Of a DNA stretch of 64,000 nucleotides, positions 23,663 through 35,833 are shown piece by piece; the stretch's first letter is position 1, and every line of letters starts with the position of its first letter. Under the pieces are notes generated by a model, which was not told where the DNA came from, searched no databases, and was given only the letters and a program-made list of their open reading frames with translations. The position numbers and the translations under genes were made by a program. The stretch is from Vicugna vicugna. Taxonomy: Eukaryota. The stretch lies in the NCBI GenBank assembly GCA_013265495.1, contig MU058217.1, positions 372,001-436,000 of the forward strand. The letters run 5' to 3'.

Positions 23663-26187
23663 CACAAGTCATTTAAAAGACATAGCATGTGTCAAATATC
23701 CCGAAGAAAAAGGCCCAAGTTGCAGGACGTGAAATCTGGGTTCTAGTCCTGCCTTCACGACCCGGGGCAGGTCACTTCATCCCGAGAGCCTGCCTTTTGC
23801 GTCCGTCTCGTGTTCTACACAAACCGCTGGCTCCTCACTCTCCTTGCCAGCCAGGGCTTCCCAACACCTGCTCTCCTCTCTGTCCACGTTGGCCCAGCAT
23901 CAGATCATCTGTTGAGAAGGCTTTCCGTGTCTGGAAAATAGTTTTATAATATGTAAGTAATTAGTGAAATGTAGAAACCGACGCAAAAGAAAGTTAAAAT
24001 GGCCTTTAATGTCATCGTCCAGAGCAAACTACTGTCAACGTATTGACATACACCTTTCCAGCCTTGCATCCACATATTTACAAGTAATTTTAGAACGATG
24101 ACATATTCACATGCGGTTTTTATCCTCCTTTTTTCAGTCACTGTTCTGAGTGCTTTCAATATCAAACCATTTCTAACAGCTGCTTAGAACGCCATCGTCT
24201 GGCCACGCCAGACTGCGTTCCCACTCCTCGATGGAGGATTCGGATGTTTGCATTTTCCCCTCTTACCTCATTTACAGCGCCCTCGTTTTACTCGATCTGT
24301 TTTTTGCCCTCTACCTCATGCCACTTCCTTTATTTCTCTAATTCCATTCCTGTGAGAGAGGATGTTTTTCATATTTTATATAATTTTCGATGCATTTGTA
24401 ATCCCGCTTTCATTCGCACAATTCTCCCACCCTTTTTCGGGGAAACTGTAAATAAAATGGCCAAGCAGGCAGCCTCTGGTCAGTGGACTCTGCCTGGGCC
24501 TCCCGTTAGGGGCAGGCGTGTGTGGGAGCCTCGCTGGGGTCTGGGCTCGGCCTGCAGAATGAGCCCCCCTGCACTGGCAGGTGGCCGGGGGTGAGGACCA
24601 CACCCTCGGAACCACCTAAAGGATGCCAGGCCCAGCAGAGGCCTGTGAGCTGGCGCTCCTTCGGGGAAAGGAGGAGGAAGGGGAGGGAGGGAGGGCGGGG
24701 AGAGGAGGACGGAGGCCGGGAGGGGGAGAGAGGTTGCGGAGCACCCACACCTGAAGTTATGCAAGAATACGCCAAGCCTCCGCTGTTCACCAGGTCCAGG
24801 TGACTGGCCTGGGAGTCCAAAGCGATGGGTTCTCGTCCCAGCTGTGCCACCACCAAGCTGCATGGCCTCGGGAAAACCGTAGGAAAAACTCCCAGGGCCC
24901 AGGGTGAGGATGCAATGGTTCTTTCTCTGTCCTTTCATTGAGGCCGTGACGGTCTGTCCTCGGTGTTGGACGCAGGGTGGGCAGGCAGCCAATCATCCCA
25001 GCCGTTAGCCCTCCGGCCCGCACGTGCTTCCCGGGCTCAGGACAGATGGCGGTGTTAAGGGAGCCGCTGCCATTTGCGCTGGGCACCTCCCGGGTCTGAG
25101 TCCCGCCGTCGGCGGGTCTGGTCCCCGGAGCTGCTGGGTCCGGTTTCTGCGTGTTACAGCGTGGGGGCCGCTGAATGGGGGCTGCTGACGCTGCTGATCC
25201 TCCCTCCAGCCTAGTTTCCCTGGAGTCTGATCCTGAGTGTCCCCTCTGGGCCTGGCCAGCCCGGGTGGACTCCTAGTAGCCTGGAGCTGGAAGGGCATGT
25301 GGAGACGGCCTCGTCCCTTTCCCTGACCACTTCCTGCTCTGCTGGACTTTGTCCATCCAGCTCCTTTGTCAGCGAGACTAGAGGGTGATGAGGAAGACCC
25401 TTGAGCTTAAAGCTGAATCTGTCTCTGGCTGCCTCCCTGAGAAGAGTAAATGAGGGGCTTCCCGTGCCCTGGGAGACCTTCGCCAGCCCCCAGAACGCTC
25501 TCCAAGGCTCTCCGGGGGTAGGAAGTGCTGCAGGCGTAGAGGTTCTAGTACCAAGCTCACCTGGGTTAGAACCTCCACGCTTCCGCTTCCAGCTGAGGGA
25601 CTTCTAGCAGGTTAGTTGACTCAGTCTCTTCATCTGTGAAATGGGGCCAATAATACCCACCTCATAAAGTTGTCGTGAAGGTCACATGCAAAACGCTTAG
25701 AAAGGTGGCACACGTTAAGCACTTATATATTAGCCCAGCCGGGTTGGCAACCAAGGTACCCCCGGGACCCAGAAAAAGCCATTTGCTGTCATTAAATTTC
25801 TGGGCAGTGGGGTTCGAGGTAGGAGATCCCAAACTGCCGCCCTGGGGCTGCTGTCAGATTATCATCAGGAAACTTTTTATTTCTTATTTTCAGTTTTTAG
25901 TAAAATGAAAGTAATATGCCGACATGATCAGGAAATTCCAGCAGGGTGGAAAGGGACAAAATAAGAAGCGAAAGCTGCCTTCACCCCCTCCCCTGCGTTC
26001 TCCATCCCTTCTGAGGGTCTCAAAAGTCCAGATGCCCGGTCCCCACTCCCAGGAACTGGGGTTCAGTAGGGCAAGCTGGGACCTGGACACCTGCATTTTA
26101 GCCTCTGCCGCAGCGGATGCTGACCCGCGACGCGGGTTCCCCCGGAGCTGCTCCTTCTGATAGATTCCTCCTCTTGATTCGGTGCAG

Positions 26188-26299
26188 GCTATTTTCAAAA
26201 TGATCAGCCCTGAGGACGTGAAGCAACTTCCAGATGATGAAAACACCCCGGAGAAGCGAGCCGAGAAGGTCTGGGGGTTCTTTGGCAAGAAGGAAGACG
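26188..26299 (+). CDS. RCVRN: Recoverin exon 2
   Basis: tgcAG|gct att ttc...gac g|GTaaat; AIFKMISPEDVKQLPDDENTPEKRAEKVWGFFGKKED(D); 112 nt. Confidence 0.97.
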
Positions 26300-26894
26300 G
26301 TAAATTCCTTCTGCTTCCTAGCCTTTGTTCCAGTCCCGGGCTGTTTCCCAGAAAGCCTAGCCAGATTTATCCTTCCGAGTCTGGTGCCCAGGCAGGACAG
26401 AGGCCACCTCCGCCCACTGCAGGGCTGCCTGACGGGCCTTTGGGGGTGGTGACAAGATGGTCCACAGGCAGTCGTGCGTACGCCCACTCTGGAGCTGGCG
26501 GGAAACAGTACCACCTCCCACTGCTTGTAAAACTCCATTGCTGCCTGAGATGCCCTTGGGGAGAAGCAAGGCTCTAAATGATGTTGTGCTTTTGAAGGAA
26601 AAAAACCTCTTTCGTTACGACAGAGTTCACCCACAGTGAGGGAACAGTAACCAGGAAAGGGCACAGCTCAGGAGCAGTTTGTAGGCAAATGGCGAGTTTT
26701 GAGACTTTGCGAATGGCTTTTTTTTTAAATGGAGTGCCCTTTTTTTTTTTCCTTCAAAGACACTTTGGTTTACTTGTTTATAAAAAGGCCTTCTGCACAA
26801 TTAGGACAGGGCACACCTCAGCTCAGTCTCCATCTGAATGAGCACCCAGTCCCAAGCAAGCAGGATCTGGATTTAAACGGTTTTACTTTAGGAA

Positions 26895-27200
26895 GTTAGT
26901 TTGGAGCCCACGAGAGGCAGCACCAGATGGGGTTAGATTTAAATTGGATGGCAAGATATTGATGGGGGGGAAGGCCTATGAGGGAAAACGGGGAGGGATC
27001 TGGAGGAGGCTGGAGGAGCCATCGGGCTGCAAAGTAGATCAAACACCTCTGGGCAGAGGCAAGGAGGCAGTTTGGGCTTAAGCAAAGTCTGAGACTGCAG
27101 CGGTGGGCTAAGAAGGTCTTGGCCAAGCCGATGGGGCGTCCTCGAGCCCCTGCTCCTGGGAACGGGTCTGTCGTGGCTCCCTGCCCTGCTCCGTCTGGCT
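26895..27200. mobile_element. LTR16-like ERVL LTR remnant
   Basis: gcaagatattgatggggggg...cctatgaggga...ggaggagcc resembles recalled LTR16; boundaries approximate. Confidence 0.4.
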
Positions 27201-27493
27201 GGAAGCAGCGTGGTCTGGCACTGAAAGGCGGCTGCTAATGCAGGGTGCCCACGTGCAGCTCAGGAAGGACACGAGAGGCGGGTTGGTGTCAGACGGGGGC
27301 GGCAAACTTGAATGGCCCCCGGGGCTGGGAGGATGAACAGGTGAGCGGCTGCCCAGTAAGTGAGGGCCTGGCGAACAGTGGGGAGGGGCTGTCTGGTCTG
27401 ATGGCCTCTGATCGATTGTTGCCACGTGGGGGTGCGGGGCTGCTGGTGTCTCGTGATCTGATTGTTTTAAAAAGAGTCAGCCAGCAATTGAGA

Positions 27494-27559
27494 TTTCTTT
27501 TTTTTTTTCTCATGCTCACCAAGCACGCATTCTACCACTGAGCTGTTCCCCTCACCCCT
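27494..27559 (-). mobile_element. Partial tRNA-derived SINE
   Basis: poly(T) + aagcacgcattctaccactgagctgttcccctcacccct. Confidence 0.7.
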
Positions 27560-28385
27560 GCGGTCAAGATTTTTAACCTCTGAAGCGCCTCCGCTGATGA
27601 CGGCCTGCATGGCCCAAGGCCACCTGCGGAGCCAGGACTGGCCCCTGTTGTGGTCTCTGGGGCAGCCTTTTACGGGGCTCCCTGGCACAGGTCTGAGCAG
27701 GACCCTAAATAAGGGCCCTACTATTCTGCGGTCCAGGAGGAAGTCGGGAAGCAACGAGGTCTTTGATGGTAGGGCCAGAATTAGGGCAACGCAAGGAGGT
27801 GCCCAGGCACAAAATGGAAGGCGGCCCTTGTTGTCAGTGCCAGCCCTGTGCTCACACGACCCTGAAAGTGAGCACCTCCTCAGATTTTGCAGGGTAGGCC
27901 CTTCCCGTGCCTCCCCCAGCTGTCATCTCCCCTTCGAGCATCCTCTCCTCCGTTGCCCAGACCCTGGCTTCTTAAGGCTCCACCCTGAGGCTCCTCGCCC
28001 CTCTTTGGCCCCCTTCGTGACGTCCCTCGGGGTCTGCCACGTGCTGAGTCCCTTGTTCTGCTACTTGCTAACTGGAAAACTGCCCCAGGTGAATTTCACA
28101 GTCACAGTAGGGAGGGAGGTGTCGGGGGCTCACACGCGCGCTCGTGCCCGGTGACTTGTGTTTCCACACAGCCCATCTGGAGACAACACCTCACTCCAGC
28201 ATCAGGTTCTGAGGGTGGGACTTCAAGCTCTGTGCGAGGCTGACAGGGCAGCTGGAACCTTAAAACCCAGTTTCCCCAGCCGGACCTGCACCGGGAAGCA
28301 GCCTGGCTCCTAACCCAGGAATGATTACGATTGCCCCAAAGGCCTGGGACATAAGCCAAAGGAAACCCAGTTCAGTTCAGCTGAG

Positions 28386-28890
28386 GTTTTTTTTTTTTAA
28401 TTGAATTATAATTGGTTAAAAATGTGTGTTAGTTTCTGCTGTACAGCGTAGTGATTCAGTTTCACAGGTTTCTCATTCATTTTAGGTTATTACAAGCTAT
28501 TGACTATAGTTCCCTGTGCCATACAGGAGGACCTTGCTGCTTACCTACTTTGCATATAGTAGCTTGTCTCTGCTAATCCCAAACTCCCACTTTATCCGTC
28601 CCCTCCTTTCCCCTTTAGTAACCGTTAAGTTTTTTTTCCTGTGTCTGTGAGTCTGTTTCTGTTTTGTCAATAAGTTTATTTGTGTCATTTTTTTTTTAGA
28701 TTCCACATGTAAGTGATACCGTGTGATATTTATCTTTGTCTGATTTAACTTCACTGTGTATGATCATCTCTCGGTCCAGCCATGTTGCTGTAAATGGCAT
28801 GATTTCATTCTTTTTATGGCTGAGTAGTATTTTTCATCCAGTCACCTGTCGATGGACATTGAGGTTGCTTCCACTATCTATTGTAAATAG
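28386..28890 (-). mobile_element. 5'-truncated L1 3' end (artiodactyl type) in RCVRN intron 2
   Basis: poly(T), tagttccctgtgccatacag, ttagattccacatgtaagtgata, catgttgctgtaaatggcatgatttcattcttttt. Confidence 0.85.
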
Positions 28891-29724
28891 TGAGTTCAGC
28901 CAAGCTTTACTGAACACCTACTACGTGCAGGACTATGAGGATAGCCATAAACAGGAAGGAGCACCTGCCTCATTCTAGAGTCATTTCTACAGGTGACTGT
29001 CTCCCCATCAGACCAACAGTTTCCCAGGGCCAGGGACCTTTTCTCACTCCCTTCCATGCCACACCCCACCCTCTGCCCCCTGCAATGACCTCAGCCCCAA
29101 GCACAGTGGCTCTGGCACGGAGGGAGGGCTCTGTGACGTGCATTTAACTAGATAGGACTGAATTCAATAGCTGGAGGCTCTCTCTCGTCCCAAACAAGGA
29201 GGGGTAGATTGAGGATGCAGAGAAGCGCAGGGAAGGACCACGGAGGGGTTGTCAGCCAAGAATCAGGGGACTGCCCAGGAGCTTGGAGCAGGGTGGAGAG
29301 CCACCTCATAAGCCAGCCTCTCCTTGGGACACATTGGACCCCTAACCCTTCTTCTTAACTGAGACTCTCTTTTCCTTGCCCAGTCCCCTAGAAGCTCCCC
29401 CGGAGCGGAGCGTGAGGTTGGAGACCTGGAGTCACATTCAAAATATTTCATTAACCAGCAAGGCGGAGGTGCCAACCAGTCAGAAGAGACACAGCACTAG
29501 ACCACACCCAGGAGGCCCTGCCGTGCCTGTCATTAACCCTTTCATTGTCCATTCATGGGGAGATCAGGGGTCCTGGGGAGGAGTGAGGGGTGGGGGTACC
29601 CCCAGGGGCACTGAGACTCAGTCTTTTCAGAATAGATCCATCCATCCTGGGCCTGCTGGCCGATGTCAGCCTCATCACAGCTGGAAGCAGCCTGTCCTAA
29701 CTGTGGTCTTTTCCCCCTGTGCAG

Positions 29725-29840
29725 ATAAACTTACAGAGAAAGAATTCATTGAGGGGACCTTGGCAAATAAGGAAATTCTGCGACTGATCCAATTTGAGCC
29801 ACAAAAAGTGAAGGAGAAGTTGAAGGAAAAGAAACCCTGA
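29725..29840 (+). CDS. RCVRN: Recoverin exon 3 (CDS part); spliced CDS 609 nt = 202 aa
   Basis: tgcAG|at aaa ctt; KLTEKEFIEGTLANKEILRLIQFEPQKVKEKLKEKKP-TGA. Confidence 0.97.
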
Positions 29841-30160
29841 TGTCAACTGCTCAGGTCTCCTCCCCTCTCCCCGCCATTCACACAAACACACGTGTGCACA
29901 CATCCCGGGGGCTGGGAGAGCCTCCAACCCGCAGCCCGGTAAACCCACAGCACAGCTCCCTGCCAAACGGAAGCGTCTTTAGCGATTCACTGGTCCTACC
30001 TTCCCTCTGTCTCTAGAGTCCCGCCCGCCCTACCTGACCGCCTCCCCTCCCCCTGCCTGCCAGCCCAGGCCTCCCTGATAATCCCAGGATTAGGTCACAG
30101 GAGCCCCAAATATCAGCCCCTGTGTAAGCTGCTTTGTGGACTGTTGGGTAAGCAGGTTCC

Positions 30161-30166
30161 AATAAA
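30161..30166 (+). terminator. RCVRN polyadenylation signal
   Basis: AATAAA about 320 nt after the stop, followed by GT-rich sequence (ctggtcgttctt, gttgtctgtt). Confidence 0.75.
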
Positions 30167-31121
30167 TACAAGAGGAGCTGGGCACATGGCTGACTGGTCG
30201 TTCTTGAACCAGAAAAGGAGATGAGTTGTCTGTTCAACCTCAAAGACCAGAATGCGTGGCCACTGCGGTCCTAGGCCAGGGTGTGGGGGCTGCGGTGGCG
30301 GAGGAGACACACTTGGCCCTGCCCTCCTCCGGCTCAGGGTGCACAGGGGACTGCGGACCTTGAAGACGCCCTTACTGGCGATGCAGTTACCGTGGAGACA
30401 AGCAAAGCAGTGTGGGAAGAAACAACAGGAGGGGCTGACCTGTCCAGAGGTCAGGAAAGGGGTTCCGGATGAAGAAGCATTTAAATGAAGACCCAGTGGA
30501 CTGGGCTGGGGGAAAGGTGAGGATGGGGAAACTGTGTCTCCAAGACCCTAAAGCAGGAAACAGCATTTCAAGTTCCGGGACCGTGAGAAGGCACGTGTAG
30601 CTGGAGAGCAGAGGGAGAAGGGAGAGCAAATTGTGAGTTAAGCCTCCAAGGTGCGCAGGGGCCAGACCACGCAAGGCCTTCCCTGCAGCCCATGGGAAGA
30701 CCAGCGTTCACCGTGGGGCTAGTGGGTACTACTGCGGGGTCTGAGGTAGGGGGGAGACTTCTGGGCTCACCAGCCATCAGTGTTTCTTGAAAGTTTCCCA
30801 GGTTAAGTGCAATGCCAGGATTGAGACCCACCAGGATGGATCTTCAAGGAAACAGCAAAGTGAATAATTCAGAGAGTAGTCTAGAAGAAGGGAGACAGTT
30901 GTCCTCCACCCTTTTGACCTCTGACCTCTGCTCCCTCCCCTCCCCTTCTGCCCACTCCTCTTGGTCCCTGAGATGGTGGACCACCAGGTCCCCAGGCTTA
31001 ATACCGCAGCTCTTTTCCCCACTTCTGGCCCCAGACTCTCCAGGGGTGGAGACCTGCAGCCCCAGTGAGAAACCAGCATAAAAGAATCAACAATACATAT
31101 CAACTTCAATAAACTGGTTAT

Positions 31122-31127
31122 TTTAAT
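31122..31127 (-). terminator. Candidate GLP2R polyadenylation signal (ATTAAA); alternative AATAAA at 31483-31488
   Basis: Minus strand reads ATTAAA...TGTATTGTTGATTCTTT (GU/U-rich downstream element), about 2.3 kb after the stop. Confidence 0.5.
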
Positions 31128-31532
31128 TATTAGGAGAACAAGAGCAAGTAGGGTGTGTGTGCGCCACCCCATTTGTAGAGGGGGGAGAATATATTTACAA
31201 ATGCTTTTTTTTTTAAAGTTCCTTCTATCAGTGACCAGGTCCTAGATAACTGACCCCCAACAGCATCCAATGCTCCCGAGACATTTCTGTCTTGTCTCAT
31301 TTGATGAATGTGTTCTAAGCACCTGCTCTGAATACAAGCTGAGAATACGAGATGCCCCAGCTTTCCAGGAGCTAATGGGCTGATGAGAAATGGCAGGATA
31401 TTTGCAGAAAAGAAAAGTGAGAAGAATGCATATTTTAATGATTGAACTACAGACAATCTGGACACTCCCAAAAAACCTTTACTTTATTATATACTTGCCT
31501 AATGTCATTGCTTCCGTATCCCCTGGTGCAAA

Positions 31533-31953
31533 GCAGAGCCAGGACTAGGGCAAAGGCAAGATGGGCACTGGCCTCTGGAGCAAAATTTAATTTTGACCTT
31601 CAGGAGCCAAAAAAAACCTCAGTAATCAAGATAAATATTCTGATGCAATCATTTAAAAATAAAAATTAATCTTAAAATGTCCATGATGAGCAAAATATCA
31701 AAACTGTAAATAGTGAGGACCAGACCCTGCATTTGCATCTCATGGCCTCACTTGCCCCACCCTCCTCCCGGCCCTGGTTCCAATAAAATGTTATTTTTAT
31801 AAATGCCCCATAGGCTGTAGTTTGCAGATTTGATTTTTTAAAATATTGCATTAAACTGTTACTTATCTTGACAATGGAGGGTTTTTTTTTCAGTACTCTC
31901 TTAAATTTTGCATCCCAAGTTCATCACTTGCCTCGCCCTCGTCCCTGCCCAGC
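31533..31953. mobile_element. Two MER96B-like hAT elements in inverted orientation (about 31533-31776 +, 31830-31953 -)
   Basis: Shared gggc..aggcaag...gcaaaatttaa...aaaaaacc...tcaagataa...atgcaat..tttaaaaa on opposite strands. Confidence 0.65.
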
Positions 31954-31972
31954 TGCAACTTGTTCTTGGCCA

Positions 31973-32136
31973 GAGAGTTGCCAGGTGAAATACAAGATGT
32001 GCAATGAGATTTGAATCTCAGAGAAAGCACATTGCATGGGACATACTTATGGCTAGTTATGGGCTATACTTATACAATGACGTTACTCATTTATCTGAAA
32101 TTCAAATTTAATCGACTGCTAAATCTGGCAACCTTA
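31973..32136. mobile_element. MER53 palindromic MITE
   Basis: gttgccag...tttgaatctcaga...attgcatgggacatacttat...tttatctgaaattcaaattt...gctaaatctggcaacc; inverted ends. Confidence 0.8.
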
Positions 32137-33446
32137 CTTGATGGTATCATATCATCCCCTTCCCCTAACACAGGGCAGCATTTGGTTCCATGACAACACA
32201 CCACCCACCCACATACACATACTTTTACATACTGTAACAGCCACACTTCTGAGCACTGACACCCTGTTTCCAGAGGATGTTCCTCCTTTGATCTTCCTCA
32301 GCCTCTAGACTTACAGTTTCAGCCACTGAGCCTGTCCCTGGTTGCCTGGGCCCTCCTCAGTCTCCAGAAGCACCCTGCACTCCATCAGCAGAACGGGTCC
32401 TCAGGGCCCCCTGGGTGTGTCCAGATCAGCCCCAGTCCTTGCATTTCACCTGGGTCCCCTCCAGCTTTCAGCACCCGTTCCCATCGGAGGAGTCGGAGTC
32501 TTACCGGTGCAGACTCAGGTCAGGGAGAGCAGTGGGCAAACCTCCCAGAGCAGGAGGTACAGCCATCCACGCACCAAGGGCAAGTCAAGAGAACAGTAGG
32601 CAAGGCAGGCTTGAAGAAGCCGAGCTCGGAAAGGCCAGTGGAACCAGAAAGCAGAGGAAATGACCAACGGCAACCTTCACAGGAGCCCTGGGAGCAGGGC
32701 CCAACCCTCGGAGGAAGGATGGAGCTGTTATGGATCAGATAGAACTTCTGCGGCCCACAGATGAGAACTGAGATGCAGAGAGCAAGGAAGGACTTGACAA
32801 GAGAGGAAGAGGAGAGAAGGAAAGGAGTGGGCTCTGGTGGGCGATGTGGGGTCCACACTGTCAGAGGAAGGCGTGCACGTCACCGCTGACGCACCGGCCG
32901 TATCCCACCATCTGCCGGCTCAGAGGGCCTTCTAGCTCCTGCACACCCTGCCCAGTGTGGGCTTGCATCCGGATTACCTGGGATGCGTGTTACACAATTC
33001 CATGGCCCCGGACACAGTCTCTTAGAATCTCTGCCATGCTTCAGGCTCTGCATTTAAATCGCTTTGCAGGCGGTCCTTGGACACCTTGAACTCGACTTCA
33101 GATACACACCTTGTACTGTGAAGGGTGAAGGAAGGATGGCGGTCGGCCTGTTTCACAGCGAACATCTCCCTGTGTCCTAGGGCTCCATTCACTTGAATGT
33201 AGGGCCAGCCCCCGAGGCTGGGGGTCATTCTAGAAAGCACACCTTTGGGGGTGATGAGGATGACGAGGGCAGGCAGAAGCGGTGAGTGTTTGCGCAGCCT
33301 CTGCCACACAGAGCAGGAAGAGCCAGGAGATGGACGTGTCAGTGCGGGCGGGATGCGCGGGAGGACGCTGACTCTGCTCCGCAGCAGCATCGTCTGGCTT
33401 GGCCGCCTCCTTCCCGCTGGCCTCAGGAGTCCCCCGGGAGCCAAGC

Positions 33447-33782
33447 CTAGATCTCACTCTCCTCGAGAATCTCCTCCATGGTGTGGGCCAGGGTGAAGTC
33501 CCCCTCGCTGCTCTCGGACAGGCTGCTGCCCCGGGGCCAGGCGGCGTGGCAGCGGCGGGGCGGGGCGCCCAACTCCCCCAGGCCCTCCACGGTCAAGTGC
33601 AGGAGCTGCCTGCCGCCAGACGAGGGCTGCGCCTTCCCCAGCGTCCCGGCACCGGTCCCCTCCGAGAGCTTCTTGGGACATTTCCCCAGGAATCGGAAGT
33701 TCTTCTCCAGGACCCAGGCTCTGCAGCCCGAGTGGTGGGCCAGCAGGAAGCGGGCCCACTGCTTCCGCAGCTCGGCCTTCAC
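33447..33782 (-). CDS. GLP2R: GLP2R terminal coding exon (helix 8 and C-tail)
   Basis: cAG|gtg aag gcc; VKAELRKQWARFLLAHHSGCRAWVLEKNFRFLGKCPKKLSEG...TMEEILEESEI-TAG. Confidence 0.96.
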   Translation of the reverse strand: MKAELRKQWARFLLAHHSGCRAWVLEKNFRFLGKCPKKLSEGTGAGTLGKAQPSSGGRQLLHLTVEGLGELGAPPRRCHAAWPRGSSLSESSEGDFTLAHTMEEILEESEI

Positions 33783-34786
33783 CTGCCAGGTGAGGAGAGG
33801 GCGGGGTTACTGTCTTGGAGCCAGTGCACCATGTGTCGGCCCAGCAAATATTTCTTGAGTGTCCTCCCTGGGCCACCCTTGGGAAACCTACCTTCTCACT
33901 GGGGGGAACAAGCAAAGAGAAGCAAACAAATGCACGTGAGCAGAGCAGGCGGGAGTGACACCCGGAGGCCGTTAACAGGACAGCGGGGTGAGAGGCAAAG
34001 TGTGAGAAACGGCACTCAGAAAAGGACTGTGTCGAGGTGGCATCTGAGATCTGCCTGGCAGATAAGAGGTCCCTGCGTGAAGATACAGAAGAGGCAGCAG
34101 TGAGCAAGGCGGAAGAGGTGTTGCTGCCCAGAAGCTTACATTCTAGAGGGAGGAGACAGAAATCCATATTTAAACCTGGGGTGGGGAGAGGGGACCATGA
34201 AAGAGAGCCAGAAAATTTCCACCAACTCCTAAAGTCAGGAGAAAACTGCTCGGGCCTCTGCCTGCCCCCCCACTTCAAGCCTGTTTCCCAGGGTGCAGAG
34301 AGCTGGCTGGGGCTACGCAATAATATAAATAATAAAAATAATCATTGTTACCAGGCATAGGACCTTTCCCAGGCATGCCCAGGGTGACAGTGTGGGGTAG
34401 GGACAGTTATTATTCCCATTTTACAGATGAGGAAACTGAGGCTCAAAGAGCTACACTGACCTGACTAACTCAGAGCCCTCAGTAGGTGAGTCGTGGCTTG
34501 AATAGATTTCTGGACACCAGAGTTCCAGCTGGTTCCCTCTATCACACTCTGATCCTCCCAGCGAGGCTCCAGCGGGGCCAGGTTTGGGTTCTGACTTTGC
34601 CGCACATCCCAGTACCTTTCCCCACCGCTCTAAGCTGCCTCTTGCTCTCTCTGCTGGATGCCCACGGTACATGCTGGCCACTGCACTTCCCCCCATGGCG
34701 CCATCATGGACGCGGGAATCCCCGGGGACTGTAGGACGCCAGCCCCAGCCTCGCAGGAGCCTAGGGTGACAGCGTGGGAAACATAC

Positions 34787-34828
34787 CTCTCCGTTGGCAA
34801 AGCAATACTGCAAGGCCACGAGTAGTCC
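34787..34828 (-). CDS. GLP2R: GLP2R coding exon (TM7)
   Basis: ccAG|gga cta...gga gag|GTatgt; GLLVALQYCFANGE; 42-nt exon typical of class B GPCRs. Confidence 0.95.
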
Positions 34829-35833
34829 CTGGAATGAAAGGAAGAGGGGCATGAAGCTTGACTTGGTAGAAGGTGCCTGGGGGTTACTTGGAAAGTCCTA
34901 AAGTCGCCCTTGTCCTAGGAGCCCCTACAAGAGGCAGGCAGCTACCTGCCAGAAGTAAGTGCAGTTAGTCGTGTTCTGTGACTAACCGTACAGTGACTGA
35001 GTCACTGTGTTAACTCAGGTTTCCACGGGGCTTCCTCTTTAGCACCCACCACCCATATCAGCCTAGATGTTTGCTTAGGTGCTTACAGGTCAATGATGAT
35101 TAGACCCTAAATTCTCATTCAATTATATAAATAGTGTACAATGTAACTGATTTCTACCTGTCCACAGTGGGCAATGGCTAATTTTTTTTTGGTTTGTTTT
35201 ACGCTTGGCTTGCATCCTTTCCTTTTGGAAACTGACCCTCTCCTACTCCCTGGGCTTCTGGCAGGGCTGTCAATCATGTGGTCTTCATGTTCCAGGGTGG
35301 CCGTGACCACTGTAACCAACCCCGGTGGGCATGTGACCTGAGCAGGGCCCATCTGAGTTCTTTTCACCGTGAAAGAAGAGAAGGCTGCACCGTCTTCCCT
35401 GTGTTTGCCAGCTTTACAGTCAAAGTTAGTCTGGAGATGCTCAAGGGCATCTTCCCAGCTACACGGAGAGAGCCCGACTGAGGGTAAAGCCAGCGCAGAG
35501 AAAAGCAGGGCCTGGAGATGCTCAGAGACAGACTTCTGATGATATTCTTTGAGTCCCTGGATCCAGTTATGCCTGATCCTGATCTTTTCATTTTTGTGAG
35601 ATCACAAATACCCCTTTGTCTTGTCAGAATATTCCTCTTGCAAAGATAGATCATGCCACGCCAGTGGGCTCCCATCACACTTAGATTCAAATCTAACATC
35701 CTAACCACAGAAGGAGCTCAGGTGATGTGGGCTTCTGTCCGTCTTACTGACCTCATTTTGTACCACGCTGCCCCTCGGTCGCCATATTTCAGGCCCGCGG
35801 GCCCTCTGGCTGCCTCCAGCATCTCAAGCTAAT

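Noticed and set aside
33399..34320. Long ORFs (234 aa +, 288 aa -) over the last GLP2R exon
   Set aside because: GC-rich shadow frames that run into intronic repeat sequence, with low-complexity composition.
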